Shown: positions 1 through 9,687 of the stretch, piece by piece
Layout of the letters: each line of letters opens with the position of its first letter
Numbering within the stretch: position 1 is the first letter of the stretch
Origin: a virus
Taxonomy: Duplodnaviria > Heunggongvirae > Uroviricota > Caudoviricetes
Strand: one strand, 5' to 3'
IMG/VR virus record: IMGVR_UViG_3300031143_000003
Location: 19,287-83,286 of that record
DNA: 64,000 nt
Program-made: the position numbers and the translations under genes
Notes under the pieces: generated by a model
Databases searched by the model: none
What the model was told of the DNA's origin: nothing
The model's input: only the letters and a program-made list of their open reading frames with translations

Positions 1-1488
1 TGGTATACCAATGTACTTGTCCCATAATGGTGCCTGAAATGATTGGAGTGCGCCTAGGCCATTGTTTGCAAACGGATTAGTACCTCCACTTATCAACGTG
101 CCATCATCACTAAATATGGTAAATGAATTATGCATCGTTTGGAATTCAACTTCAGCAATAGGTTGTTGTTCGCCTTTTACTTCAAAGTAATAGACATATA
201 TTGGTTTTCCAGCGTCTAGCTCGAGTTGATATGATTGAGTTGATATGCCTGGACCCAATGTATATATTTCAGATAGGTTGCCTTGTGATATGGCTAGATA
301 TGATTCACCCCAACCATCTGATGCATCATCTTCTATCGTAAGAGTATACTCACATATAGAAACGATTTCGTTTGTATTAGCTGTTTCATCATAATTGAAC
401 GCAGATATATCAGTACAGCCATATTGTTTTAACGTTTGACATGAGCCATACAACATAATATCTACAAGTGGATCATACTCAACATATTCAGAATCAGTGC
501 AACCTTCTAGCAACGGAATTGCACATGATGGTAGATATATGATACCGGTTTGTGCATCAAGGCCAAAATTAGCTGAGTCCAGTGTCCATATTAGATCCAT
601 TCCACCACCACATGGGTCTGTGTCTCCCAATATTTCAAAATTACCATCTGCTCCATTATTATATAATGATCCAGCTAATCCATCGCCGTATGAGTCACTA
701 AGAACAAGCTCAACGCCTGTAACTGGGACACATATATCATATGATATTGTTGTATTGGATTGATTGAATGTATACGACTGGGCTGATACTGCGTAGATTA
801 CTTCGCTATTTGAAATGTCTGTTAAGATCCAGCTAGTTTCACTAGGATATTGGTCTAGTGTAACTAACAATATCATTTTTGATGTACCATCTGTGCAACC
901 TATGCCGACACATGAATTGTCTTCTAATGTAGCCCAAGGATTGAAGTTTGGTGCATCTGGATTGGTACATCCAAGTATGATCAAGTTACCACATAACGTA
1001 TCGTCATTTATTGTTGCATCTGGATTGAAGTTGTCATAATTATTATCCATGCAACCTATGATAATGACATTTTCAATTGGTGGAGCACAAGGTGCTATAT
1101 CAAGAGTGTCGATTAATGAGAATCCGAAATCTGCAGATACATACATAATAGTGTCTTGGCAATCATTTTGTATCAATAGCCATCCGTCTGTTCCACCCCA
1201 TTGTGAAGCACCTAATCCATCGCCATATGAATCAAATATTGATAAAACACTATTACCGTGTAATAACAATGTGTCACTGTACAATGTGTTTGGTTGCAGG
1301 TTGGGATCATTTTGGAATATGACCGACGAGTCACTTTGTTGCACAATTTGCAATGATGTTTCTACTGGATAGTCGTCTGTTAATAGTTGAATATTGATCC
1401 AACTATCTTGTGCATTAGATGCCGTTGCAAACAGAAATAGTATTCCAATTAGGAATACTCTTCTGAACTGTTTTATTTTTTGAACCAT
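1..1488 (-). CDS. Secreted Cys-repeat protein with signal peptide (partial, runs off left edge; not in ORF track)
   Basis: Manual translation from ATG at 1488 shows no stop in the stretches checked, including the last 20 codons at the left edge. It begins MVQKIKQFRRVFLIGILFLFATASNA-QD (signal peptide-like) and carries four GC(T/M)D/N-x-x-x-x-(N/E)(F/Y)(N/D) repeats, e.g. GCTNPDAPNFNPWATLEDNSC. Confidence 0.75.
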   Translation of the reverse strand, partial: MVQKIKQFRRVFLIGILFLFATASNAQDSWINIQLLTDDYPVETSLQIVQQSDSSVIFQNDPNLQPNTLYSDTLLLHGNSVLSIFDSYGDGLGASQWGGTDGWLLIQNDCQDTIMYVSADFGFSLIDTLDIAPCAPPIENVIIIGCMDNNYDNFNPDATINDDTLCGNLIILGCTNPDAPNFNPWATLEDNSCVGIGCTDGTSKMILLVTLDQYPSETSWILTDISNSEVIYAVSAQSYTFNQSNTTISYDICVPVTGVELVLSDSYGDGLAGSLYNNGADGNFEILGDTDPCGGGMDLIWTLDSANFGLDAQTGIIYLPSCAIPLLEGCTDSEYVEYDPLVDIMLYGSCQTLKQYGCTDISAFNYDETANTNEIVSICEYTLTIEDDASDGWGESYLAISQGNLSEIYTLGPGISTQSYQLELDAGKPIYVYYFEVKGEQQPIAEVEFQTMHNSFTIFSDDGTLISGGTNPFANNGLGALQSFQAPLWDKYIGIP

Positions 1489-1497
1489 AATAGTTTC

Positions 1498-1806
1498 CTA
1501 TTTTATATTTTTCTTAATCCAACCATTAACATATTTCACTAATTCAGATTGAGCTGGTGAGATGTCTTCTTTCTCGGTCATAGGACCAGTCTTCCATGCT
1601 AACCATGCTTTCTTTATTAACGCTAGACCATCGTCTATGTCGTGCATACCTTCAACATACTCTTCAGTTATTGGAGCTGATTCTTCTTGTACTGATTGTT
1701 TAGCTTTGAATGCTTTTTGTACACTGTCTAGTGTAGGTAGAGGTGATCCAAATTGTCTGTTTGCATATCCTGGTGCATGTTCTGATAGTATTTTCTTTAA
1801 TTTCAT
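1498..1806 (-). CDS. Hypothetical protein, candidate internal head protein
   Basis: ORF track, 102 aa. N-terminus MKLKKILSE resembles a T4-type capsid-targeting/protease-cleaved leader. Confidence 0.5.
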   Translation of the reverse strand: MKLKKILSEHAPGYANRQFGSPLPTLDSVQKAFKAKQSVQEESAPITEEYVEGMHDIDDGLALIKKAWLAWKTGPMTEKEDISPAQSELVKYVNGWIKKNIK

Positions 1807-1826
1807 CTTGTTTTTCCTATATTCTG

Positions 1827-3440
1827 TTAGTTTGTCTGCTTAGCAGCTAAAGTGTGAAGTTTTCTGATTGCTTTAACATTGTCTCTATAATCATAATGAT
1901 CACCATTTGTGCCCATTGAAGTAAGGGTATGTGTTAAGAAAGATCTAAAGTTCTTTTTACCTAACTTCTTCTCCAATTTTACCATGTGTTTAGCAAATCC
2001 AGCTAAATCACCATTTGCATCATTATGCATTTGAATTATGACGTCTGAGCGTTTTGCTTCTTGTATAGATTCCGCTTTAATACTATATTTTTTTAATAGT
2101 TTCTGATAAACCTTTTGTGTCGAATGAGATAGTTTATATATACTTTTTGCGTTTTTTATCTGCGTCAAAGCTTGGGCTGGAAAGTCTTTAGCTAATAGCT
2201 CTTTTTCTATGGCTGAGTCTAAATCAAATGATTCGATCACTGTTTCGATTAGAGTAACATCGCTTTCGTGATGTGAACTACCATTAACAATGACAAATGA
2301 ACCAACTTTGTCTGTTACTTCACCTTTACCACCACCATACGCTTTGTCAATCTTAACCATGTCACCAACGTTTATTTCTGAAATCTGCATCTCATCAACT
2401 GATTCTGTCTTACTAATTATATATAGGTCTTGTTCATTATCCCATGTATAATTGGTAGAATCGAATCCCTTTAGCTTCTTAGCTTTTTGGTATTCGCCTG
2501 GAGATAATGCGTTTTGTTTAAGTAGATTGCCTGCTTCATTGACTGATTCATACACTGTACCTTTTACATCATCTGGCCCATTGAATGCTTTGGCTGATTT
2601 CTTTATTTTTTTAATGAATTCCTCAATTGTTTTCATTTCAGCTGGGTCATAGTCATCACCATTATCATGCTTATCAACCATATGGTTAATTGAGTTTTTT
2701 AAGTCCCACATTACATTTAACTTACTTGGTAATCTATGGAATTTAGCTTCGTCAAGTGAATTAGTTTTATCAACAGTCTCATTTAATGATACCAATTCCA
2801 TCAATGTATATACGTCCCTTGCAATCTTTTTTGCCAATGGTTTGTATTTTCCATCATTCTGCATATATCCCATATATAGTATGATCTCTTTTAGTTTTTT
2901 TATGGCCTCTTTATCAACTGAACCTTCACTGATGGTTGATTCTTTCAATTTATTTGGAAATTGCTTCTTAAATCCATCATAATCTGCTTTATCAATATTT
3001 CCAAATTTGCCATCTTTCTGTAATTTTGATACCATTGCATCTGCCTCAGATTTACTATCAACAACTGCATGTACTGTTGGATTAGTTTTTGTGCCAACAT
3101 ATACTACAAACTTACTTGATGCCACTCTTTCGGTAACGGGTACTGTATTGGTCAGACTAATTTCCTTAAATAGAATCTTACCAGTTCGGTCTTCAACGTT
3201 AACCTGTGCATTTGGAAATTCCCTTTGCATATCGTTGAATGCAGCTGGTACTATTGCTGGAGTTCCTACTAATTTTTGATCTACAACTTTGCCGTCTTCA
3301 ATTGCAACTAATGTTATAGGATAACTTCCCTTTTTAGCTGCATTGTGTACCTTTGATAACGATGCTTCACTTATCGATTCATTTGCCTGAACCTTCTTTA
3401 GTGCTGCTAGAATTGCATTTTTTGATTGTTTGATGTCCAT
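1827..3440 (-). CDS. Modular 537-aa protein with repeated ES(I/V)xE linkers, candidate protease-processed head protein
   Basis: ORF track. Linkers NESISE, KESTISE, SLNE, SLDE, YESVNE, TESVDE and AESIQE separate short modules. Two late-type motifs lie upstream (3517, 3563). Confidence 0.55.
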   Translation of the reverse strand: MDIKQSKNAILAALKKVQANESISEASLSKVHNAAKKGSYPITLVAIEDGKVVDQKLVGTPAIVPAAFNDMQREFPNAQVNVEDRTGKILFKEISLTNTVPVTERVASSKFVVYVGTKTNPTVHAVVDSKSEADAMVSKLQKDGKFGNIDKADYDGFKKQFPNKLKESTISEGSVDKEAIKKLKEIILYMGYMQNDGKYKPLAKKIARDVYTLMELVSLNETVDKTNSLDEAKFHRLPSKLNVMWDLKNSINHMVDKHDNGDDYDPAEMKTIEEFIKKIKKSAKAFNGPDDVKGTVYESVNEAGNLLKQNALSPGEYQKAKKLKGFDSTNYTWDNEQDLYIISKTESVDEMQISEINVGDMVKIDKAYGGGKGEVTDKVGSFVIVNGSSHHESDVTLIETVIESFDLDSAIEKELLAKDFPAQALTQIKNAKSIYKLSHSTQKVYQKLLKKYSIKAESIQEAKRSDVIIQMHNDANGDLAGFAKHMVKLEKKLGKKNFRSFLTHTLTSMGTNGDHYDYRDNVKAIRKLHTLAAKQTN

Positions 3441-3582
3441 AATATCCTTTAATTTTGTTGCGATTTTATAACGCGGTCTAATTATGTTATATGTATTGTT
3501 AGCTTACCTGTATGATTATAAATATCAATCCAGATTGCGAGTATACACTATTTGCAATTATCTATAAATATACATCAATATA

Positions 3583-3828
3583 TTAATTTATCCTAACCTT
3601 CAACTTATCTATTGCCATAAGGAATTCAGACACGTTCATTGTCTTACCGGATGCTGATTTTATTGTGATTGTTGGTAGTAATTCAGGTTGCTTTTCAACG
3701 ATACCCATCAGCACCTTTAAGCCATATGCGCCCCAAAAGACACCAAACCCATTGTCTTCTCCTAATTCATTTGACTCAAAATATGTGTCTTTCTCACTAT
3801 CACTTGGCAATAATATGTAATATTTCAT
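3583..3828 (-). CDS. Hypothetical protein (81 aa)
   Basis: ORF track; tightly packed at the end of the sugar operon. Confidence 0.6.
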   Translation of the reverse strand: MKYYILLPSDSEKDTYFESNELGEDNGFGVFWGAYGLKVLMGIVEKQPELLPTITIKSASGKTMNVSEFLMAIDKLKVRIN

Positions 3829-3831
3829 AAT

Positions 3832-4464
3832 TTAGTCGAATTTATCTACACATATTGGAGGAGTATGTCTAACAATATATGTTGGCTCATTTTCAGTATA
3901 CAGCCTAATGTTTTTAGTTGTATGCAATACGTTGTTAATAAATCGCCAATCATGTGAGTATTCTGGGGTTGTTGTTATTGTTTTGGCTATGGATGATTTT
4001 ACAATTATTTCCTGATGGCCTACCTTGTCTTTTGCCCAGATGGGAGTTCTATAGCAATTATGTGGAGATACCCATGTCCTATATGCTGCCATGTCTAGAT
4101 CTGAATCCTCTACGCCACCTAGATATGTTTCAACATGATTGGGTAGCACAATATCGTCATTACCAATAAAGATTAGGTATTTACCAGTAGATTTAGCAAT
4201 ATACTCATTATAAATCGCATAACCATATCCACCAGTGTTTGTTGGTTTATTGTGTATTGTTAGATTCATGCCAAATGATTTCGCTACCCTTTCGTACAGT
4301 TTGGTTTCGCCAGTATCTACCATATGCTGGAATTCCGGACATCCATCGCCGATAACAAATACTTCAATATTGTTGGTTACGTTTTGATTTAGTATGCAAT
4401 TTATGGCTCGTCGGGTTCTACCTGGACGACCAAAACATGGCATTATGATAGTTAATCTATTCAT
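3832..4464 (-). CDS. Glycosyltransferase family 2 (GT-A)
   Basis: IIMPCFGR N-terminal strand, VIGDG and FIGNDD (DxD-like) motifs. Confidence 0.8.
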   Translation of the reverse strand: MNRLTIIMPCFGRPGRTRRAINCILNQNVTNNIEVFVIGDGCPEFQHMVDTGETKLYERVAKSFGMNLTIHNKPTNTGGYGYAIYNEYIAKSTGKYLIFIGNDDIVLPNHVETYLGGVEDSDLDMAAYRTWVSPHNCYRTPIWAKDKVGHQEIIVKSSIAKTITTTPEYSHDWRFINNVLHTTKNIRLYTENEPTYIVRHTPPICVDKFD

Positions 4465-5489
4465 TGTGATTCCTTATTATGTAGCAGTCCATATAGCATA
4501 TGATCAGAAAGTATCTGTTGACCAGACTTATTGTTATGTTTACTGAATGATGGTGATTCATCATGGTAGAATGCAATGTCCTTACCAAAATAATGCACGT
4601 TACCCAATATTAGACATAAATCAACGTCTTGGAAATTCTTTTCCAGTGATGGATTATATCCACCAATTGATACAAATTGTTCCAGTTGTATCATGTGCAT
4701 AGCTCCAGTTACAAATGCTGCGGTTGAATCAACTGATGCTGCTGGATCATTCGTGAACCGATACATGTGTATTGGCGAATATTGTAATGGACTCTCCGGT
4801 GTTTTAACAAACCCACCGCCACCGAATTGTATTGTGCCTCTCCACTTCCCCACCATACTTGGAAAGTTGTCTAGTATGTTCTGTGTATCACCATGTCCCA
4901 TTGAGTATTCATCTGGTGGATATAGCAACTTAGCACCTGATATTGTTGATCCAAGCTTATTGTGTTTTTCAATGAACCTATGTAGATTTGATATGTCTGA
5001 TATGAATAGGTCAGCATTCCACATTATTACCTGTGTATTTCCTAGATCATGGCATACCTTTGCAGCAAGATTACATAGCATCGAAAAATTGAATGTTGAG
5101 TCATAGTCGACTCTCAGGTACGATACGCAATATTTCGATGCAATACTACCAATATCTTCAGTTGACCTGTCGTCGACAATAATAACATTCATTAGATCAA
5201 ATGCACCCGTTTCCTTCATGCAATCCATACACATTGTAACTATGTCACTGCAATCACGAATTGGTATTATCGCAGTCGGCTTTGATGCATCATAATTCAA
5301 TTGTTTAGTAAATGAGCATTTGTAATCTACAAACCTATTTGCCAAAACAGCATTGTTAAAATTATTTACTGATATTGACGTCTGATTTTGTTTGTGTTCA
5401 AATGTGTTTCCAATATTACCTTTACCGAATATTGTGCATGTCATTGAATCTGACATGTCTTGTCTGAGATAGTTGGATATATTTTTCAT
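4461..5489 (-). CDS. Glycosyltransferase family 2 (GT-A)
   Basis: IIPIRD, VDDRS, NFSMLCN, WNAD, VTGA, GGY and QDVDLC motifs. ATG at 5489 overlaps the upstream TAA (TAATG coupling). Confidence 0.85.
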   Translation of the reverse strand: MKNISNYLRQDMSDSMTCTIFGKGNIGNTFEHKQNQTSISVNNFNNAVLANRFVDYKCSFTKQLNYDASKPTAIIPIRDCSDIVTMCMDCMKETGAFDLMNVIIVDDRSTEDIGSIASKYCVSYLRVDYDSTFNFSMLCNLAAKVCHDLGNTQVIMWNADLFISDISNLHRFIEKHNKLGSTISGAKLLYPPDEYSMGHGDTQNILDNFPSMVGKWRGTIQFGGGGFVKTPESPLQYSPIHMYRFTNDPAASVDSTAAFVTGAMHMIQLEQFVSIGGYNPSLEKNFQDVDLCLILGNVHYFGKDIAFYHDESPSFSKHNNKSGQQILSDHMLYGLLHNKESQ

Positions 5490-6622
5490 TATTTCCAATT
5501 GTTTATTAATGATACAATGGTTTCACAATCGTCGGCTGTCATAAATGGATGTATTGGTAGACTAACCAGTCGCTTTGCATTATCCCTAGTACGGACATTT
5601 ACATTCTCAGAATACAATTGATCGGCATATGCAACTGTTTCTTCTATGCAAATTGGATAATGTATTCCAACTTGAACACCATTTGATTCCATATACTCCA
5701 TAAATTCAGATCGCCTATTTTGATTAATCAATATTGGGTACACATGGTAAACTTGACTATTGCACCAGTCTGCTGATGTTGCCAACGGGTTTTCAACGTT
5801 GATATTATCTATCTTAGAATAATACTTAGCCCATTTGCGTCTTGCCGAATTCCAGTCTGATAGGTGAACTAGTTTTTCGTCCAATATTGCAGCCTGTATG
5901 GTATCTAATCTATAATTTGCACCCTTTACAATGTGCTCATATTTTACAATCGATCCCATGTTCCGTATCAACCGGCACTGGCTGTCTAAATGTGTGTTAT
6001 TTGTTGTAATCAAACCAGCATCTCCAGCAGCTCCCAGATTCTTTCCTGGATAACATGAGAATGCTGATATATCTCCAAATGTTCCAACGTTCTGTCCATC
6101 ACAAACAGCGCCATGTGCTTGAGAGCAATCTTCCAATACTCGTGCATTTGTTGACTTAGCTATTTTCATTATGCTGGTCATATCACATGGATGGCCATAC
6201 AGGTGGACTGGAATTATCAGGTGTTCTGATTTGGAGTCGACACTTATTGTTTTAAGTAGTTCATCTTCCAATAATCCTACGTCCATTTGAAAATGATCAT
6301 CATGGTCAATTAGATGAATCGTACAATCGCCGTTTAATGCTTGTTCTGGGCCAAATACAGTTGCAATGAATGTATTTGCTTGAGTATATATGTGAACATG
6401 CCTATCAAATCCCAATGCTAGAGTTGCGACACGTAATGCATCTGTTCCGTTTGATACCCCAATACAATGTGTATTATTATTCCATTTTGCAAAATTGCGT
6501 TCGAATGTTGCAACATCGGGTCCAAGTATAAACGGACAGTTTTCCAATATTGATGTTATTCTTGGGTAGGCTGAATCCTTGATGATTTCCCACTGTTTTC
6601 CTAAATCGTTGAATTTGATCAT
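5489..6622 (-). CDS. DegT/DnrJ/EryC1/StrS PLP-dependent sugar aminotransferase
   Basis: VSNGTDAL, PVHLYG, EDCSQAHGA, SCYPGKNLGAAGDAG (PLP Lys) and LSLP(I)HP-type motifs. Confidence 0.92.
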   Translation of the reverse strand: MIKFNDLGKQWEIIKDSAYPRITSILENCPFILGPDVATFERNFAKWNNNTHCIGVSNGTDALRVATLALGFDRHVHIYTQANTFIATVFGPEQALNGDCTIHLIDHDDHFQMDVGLLEDELLKTISVDSKSEHLIIPVHLYGHPCDMTSIMKIAKSTNARVLEDCSQAHGAVCDGQNVGTFGDISAFSCYPGKNLGAAGDAGLITTNNTHLDSQCRLIRNMGSIVKYEHIVKGANYRLDTIQAAILDEKLVHLSDWNSARRKWAKYYSKIDNINVENPLATSADWCNSQVYHVYPILINQNRRSEFMEYMESNGVQVGIHYPICIEETVAYADQLYSENVNVRTRDNAKRLVSLPIHPFMTADDCETIVSLINNWK

Positions 6623-6623
6623 A

Positions 6624-7511
6624 TTATTTCTCTATATTTTTATTTGAAATTACTGCTCGTCCTTCTTGTCCTTCCCAATCACGATTAACTCTAACGTCGT
6701 TGTTTTTGTCTGCAACGGCCTGTAGTAATATTGGGTTGATTCCAAGCTCAGTTGCTTGATGTATTAACGATGATAGATCTTTTGGAAAACAATGTCCACC
6801 GTAACCAAAATCTCCGTCTGGACCTGGTACATTCCAGTGCGAGTAACCTAACCTATCGTCATTGGTTGCATACTCTATTAATTTGTCGTAATCTAAGTCG
6901 AGTTTTTCACATATCTGATACATTTCATTTGCAAACGATACCTTTGTTGCCAAGAAACAGTTTGTTGTATACTTAACCATTTCAGCCATAGATGAACTTG
7001 TCTTTATAACTGGTACATTTGGAAATGCACGTTTAAATACCTGTTTAACAATGGTCGTTGCATCGCGAGGACCGCCAATAACGATTCTATTTTGATTTTT
7101 ATAATCATCAACTGCGTTAGCCTCTGTTAGGAATTCTGGATTGAATACAATGTCGATATGTGAAAGGGTATTGTTCCAATTTTGAGTTGTTCCTGGTGGG
7201 ATAGTTGATTTCACGACAAACGTTGAGCAGTATTGTACGTGCTTATCTGATAATGATGCGATATCATTAAGTTCAATCAATACGTCGTTTAGTATTCCCA
7301 AATGGCATGACCCATCCTCGCACATTGGTGTTGGTAAACAAACAAATATTACATCAGATACCTGAGATAAATGTTCGAATCCGCTCACACTCGAGCACTC
7401 ATCCTTGTATTTGTCATATGTTTCAACGTTAAAGTATTTTGACATACCTGCATTTACGGCTGATCCAACGAATCCTTGACCGACTATTCCTATTGTTCTA
7501 TTTCTTTCCAT
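6624..7511 (-). CDS. UDP-glucose/GDP-mannose 6-dehydrogenase family, lacking the C-terminal domain
   Basis: GIVGQGFVG, KSTIPPG, FNPEFL, K(Y)TTNCFLATKVSFANE and GYGGHCFPKD (catalytic Cys) motifs; only 295 aa. Confidence 0.85.
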   Translation of the reverse strand: MERNRTIGIVGQGFVGSAVNAGMSKYFNVETYDKYKDECSSVSGFEHLSQVSDVIFVCLPTPMCEDGSCHLGILNDVLIELNDIASLSDKHVQYCSTFVVKSTIPPGTTQNWNNTLSHIDIVFNPEFLTEANAVDDYKNQNRIVIGGPRDATTIVKQVFKRAFPNVPVIKTSSSMAEMVKYTTNCFLATKVSFANEMYQICEKLDLDYDKLIEYATNDDRLGYSHWNVPGPDGDFGYGGHCFPKDLSSLIHQATELGINPILLQAVADKNNDVRVNRDWEGQEGRAVISNKNIEK

Positions 7512-8365
7512 TACAGTTCCTTTATATAATCCATTAACCTGTCAACAGGCTTCCAATTCAAATTGTCTAGTGCGAAGTCATTCTCGCGTTTGGTTGCTCT
7601 GTAGTTACCAGGCTGATCACTTATGTATATACATTTAGTATTAAACCGACGGTTGAAGGCTCGGTAAACGTCATTCAGTGCATGGTTTGATCCAGTTCCA
7701 AGTTCCCAAGCATCATCTGGCGATACATCCGATTCGCTTATTTTTACTAGTCCATCAACAATATCGTCAATATGCGTAAAATCACGTTTCTGTTCACCAT
7801 CTCCAACAATTGTTATATCCTCTCCGTCTCTAGCTAAACGTCTCCATTTGCCAATTACCGCAGCCCAGTCGCCGTCTACAATTTCACCAGGTCCATATAC
7901 GTTATAGAACCTAACAATTTCTACGTCTAAGCCATACACTGACTTATACATTTTGCATAATTCTTCGCCTAAATGCTTCGCACTGGCATATGGCGATATA
8001 TGTGGATTATGCCATTTCGAAGATGATCCAGCATAAATAACCGATGCATTAATTTTTCTTGCATATCGCAATACTGCTTCTGTTCCGATTGTATTTACGC
8101 GGAATGTTTCAGATGGATTTTCAAATGATGGCTGTATTCTAGATAATGCGGCTAGATGGTATATTACATCAAAGTCGCTATCCATAAATGAAACGTTTTC
8201 AATGTCTCCAATGTGGTAGTTGCACCCATCCAATTCATTTGATACTAATCCACTATCATAATTGTCGATTGAATGTACATCATGGCCATTCAATATCAAC
8301 TGAGCTATCAGATTTGATCCAACAAACCCAGCTCCACCGGTAACCAATATTTTCTGTTTAGTCAT
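7511..8365 (-). CDS. NAD-dependent nucleotide-sugar epimerase/dehydratase (extended SDR)
   Basis: LVTGGAGFVG, HLAA, YASAK (YxxxK), RFYNVYGP and RDFTHIDD motifs. Confidence 0.9.
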   Translation of the reverse strand: MTKQKILVTGGAGFVGSNLIAQLILNGHDVHSIDNYDSGLVSNELDGCNYHIGDIENVSFMDSDFDVIYHLAALSRIQPSFENPSETFRVNTIGTEAVLRYARKINASVIYAGSSSKWHNPHISPYASAKHLGEELCKMYKSVYGLDVEIVRFYNVYGPGEIVDGDWAAVIGKWRRLARDGEDITIVGDGEQKRDFTHIDDIVDGLVKISESDVSPDDAWELGTGSNHALNDVYRAFNRRFNTKCIYISDQPGNYRATKRENDFALDNLNWKPVDRLMDYIKEL

Positions 8366-9236
8366 TTTCTAATATCTTCGTTATACTACGCGTTAATTGT
8401 TCTTGTTCAATATAAGAAAAATCCCTTACACCTAAAAATGATTCTATAGATATTTTCAGTGGGGATTCAGCATCAATTTCGATGTCAGCTGTCGAAGTGT
8501 TATTTGTATATGTTATTTTGCCAGTCATATCATCCCAATTCAAGTATGAATCATCTGCAAACGTTACAATTACTTCTCTATTCTTTTTAGCGTGTTCCCA
8601 ACTTGCATTGATAAATACACTAACCTTGCCGTATGTTAAACTACCAACACATGAATCGTCTTGTTCTGCCTGAACTGTGTCTCGACGATAATTAATCCAT
8701 GTTGACGATGATGGATCTACTCCAAACATTTTCTGGACAATTGATACATAGTGAGAGGCTAGATCATATTTTGCATTGCAGTCATATCGTACCGGTCCCT
8801 TATTTAGGAAATTCATAGATATCGATTTAACCTGTCCATATTTTTCTGAATTTACCATATCAATTATTGCATTTGCATGCATATTGAATGTAAATAGCCA
8901 ATCGACAAATAAGCCACAATTATTGTTTTTTGCTATAGTATACATTTCATCGACTTCAGCTGTTGTCATACCTAATGGTTTCTCACAAAATACGTCTACA
9001 CCATTCGATAAAAAATGCTTAACTACTTCATGATGGAATGTTGCAGGTACTGCGACGAATACCTTGTCTACATTTAGGGTAGTGTAATCTGACTCTAATT
9101 TGGTATAGTCACGTAATACGCCAGTATCTACATAGTTTGGTTCACATACAGTGACGTCCACTCCCAATCCAATTAGATTTTTGTATAGTATTTTACCCCA
9201 ATATCCAAATCCAACTAATCCTATTTTATTTTCCAT
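8358..9236 (-). CDS. Gfo/Idh/MocA oxidoreductase (WbpB/WlbA-like sugar 3-dehydrogenase candidate)
   Basis: GLVGFGYWG, VFCEKP and DLASH motifs; lies next to the DegT and acetyltransferase genes. Confidence 0.85.
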   Translation of the reverse strand: MENKIGLVGFGYWGKILYKNLIGLGVDVTVCEPNYVDTGVLRDYTKLESDYTTLNVDKVFVAVPATFHHEVVKHFLSNGVDVFCEKPLGMTTAEVDEMYTIAKNNNCGLFVDWLFTFNMHANAIIDMVNSEKYGQVKSISMNFLNKGPVRYDCNAKYDLASHYVSIVQKMFGVDPSSSTWINYRRDTVQAEQDDSCVGSLTYGKVSVFINASWEHAKKNREVIVTFADDSYLNWDDMTGKITYTNNTSTADIEIDAESPLKISIESFLGVRDFSYIEQEQLTRSITKILEND

Positions 9237-9684
9237 TATTCATTCCCTTTATTTCGGCTGCTTTGCCATATACTATTGAGTGTGCTGGAACGTCTTTTGT
9301 TACGACAGCGCCTGCTCCAATAATTGCTCCGTATCCAATTGATACTGGCAAAATTGTTGCATTTGATCCAATCCTAACATTGTTACCAATGATTGTCCTA
9401 CGCTGGATCCAGTTTTCAAGTGGAGCATCGAATTTATCATTAATAAACATTACGCCATGTGCAATAAAACAATCGTCTCCGATTATCGTATCTGAACATA
9501 CAAATGTATGGCTGCTTATCCTGGTTCGTTTTCCAATTGATGCGCCTGATTGTATTTCTACAAATGGTCCAACAAATGATCCCTCTCCAATATTGCAGCC
9601 ATATATGTTAACTGGTTCAATTATTTCAACATCATCATGTATGTTGGAAGTACTATCGTTAATGTTCGCTTGTTTTGTTTTCAT
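9226..9684 (-). CDS. Left-handed beta-helix sugar N-acetyltransferase (WbpD/QdtC-like)
   Basis: Hexapeptide repeats, VMFIND and IGSNATIL...IGAGAVVTKDVP motifs. Confidence 0.88.
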   Translation of the reverse strand: MKTKQANINDSTSNIHDDVEIIEPVNIYGCNIGEGSFVGPFVEIQSGASIGKRTRISSHTFVCSDTIIGDDCFIAHGVMFINDKFDAPLENWIQRRTIIGNNVRIGSNATILPVSIGYGAIIGAGAVVTKDVPAHSIVYGKAAEIKGMNNGK

Positions 9685-9687
9685 ACT

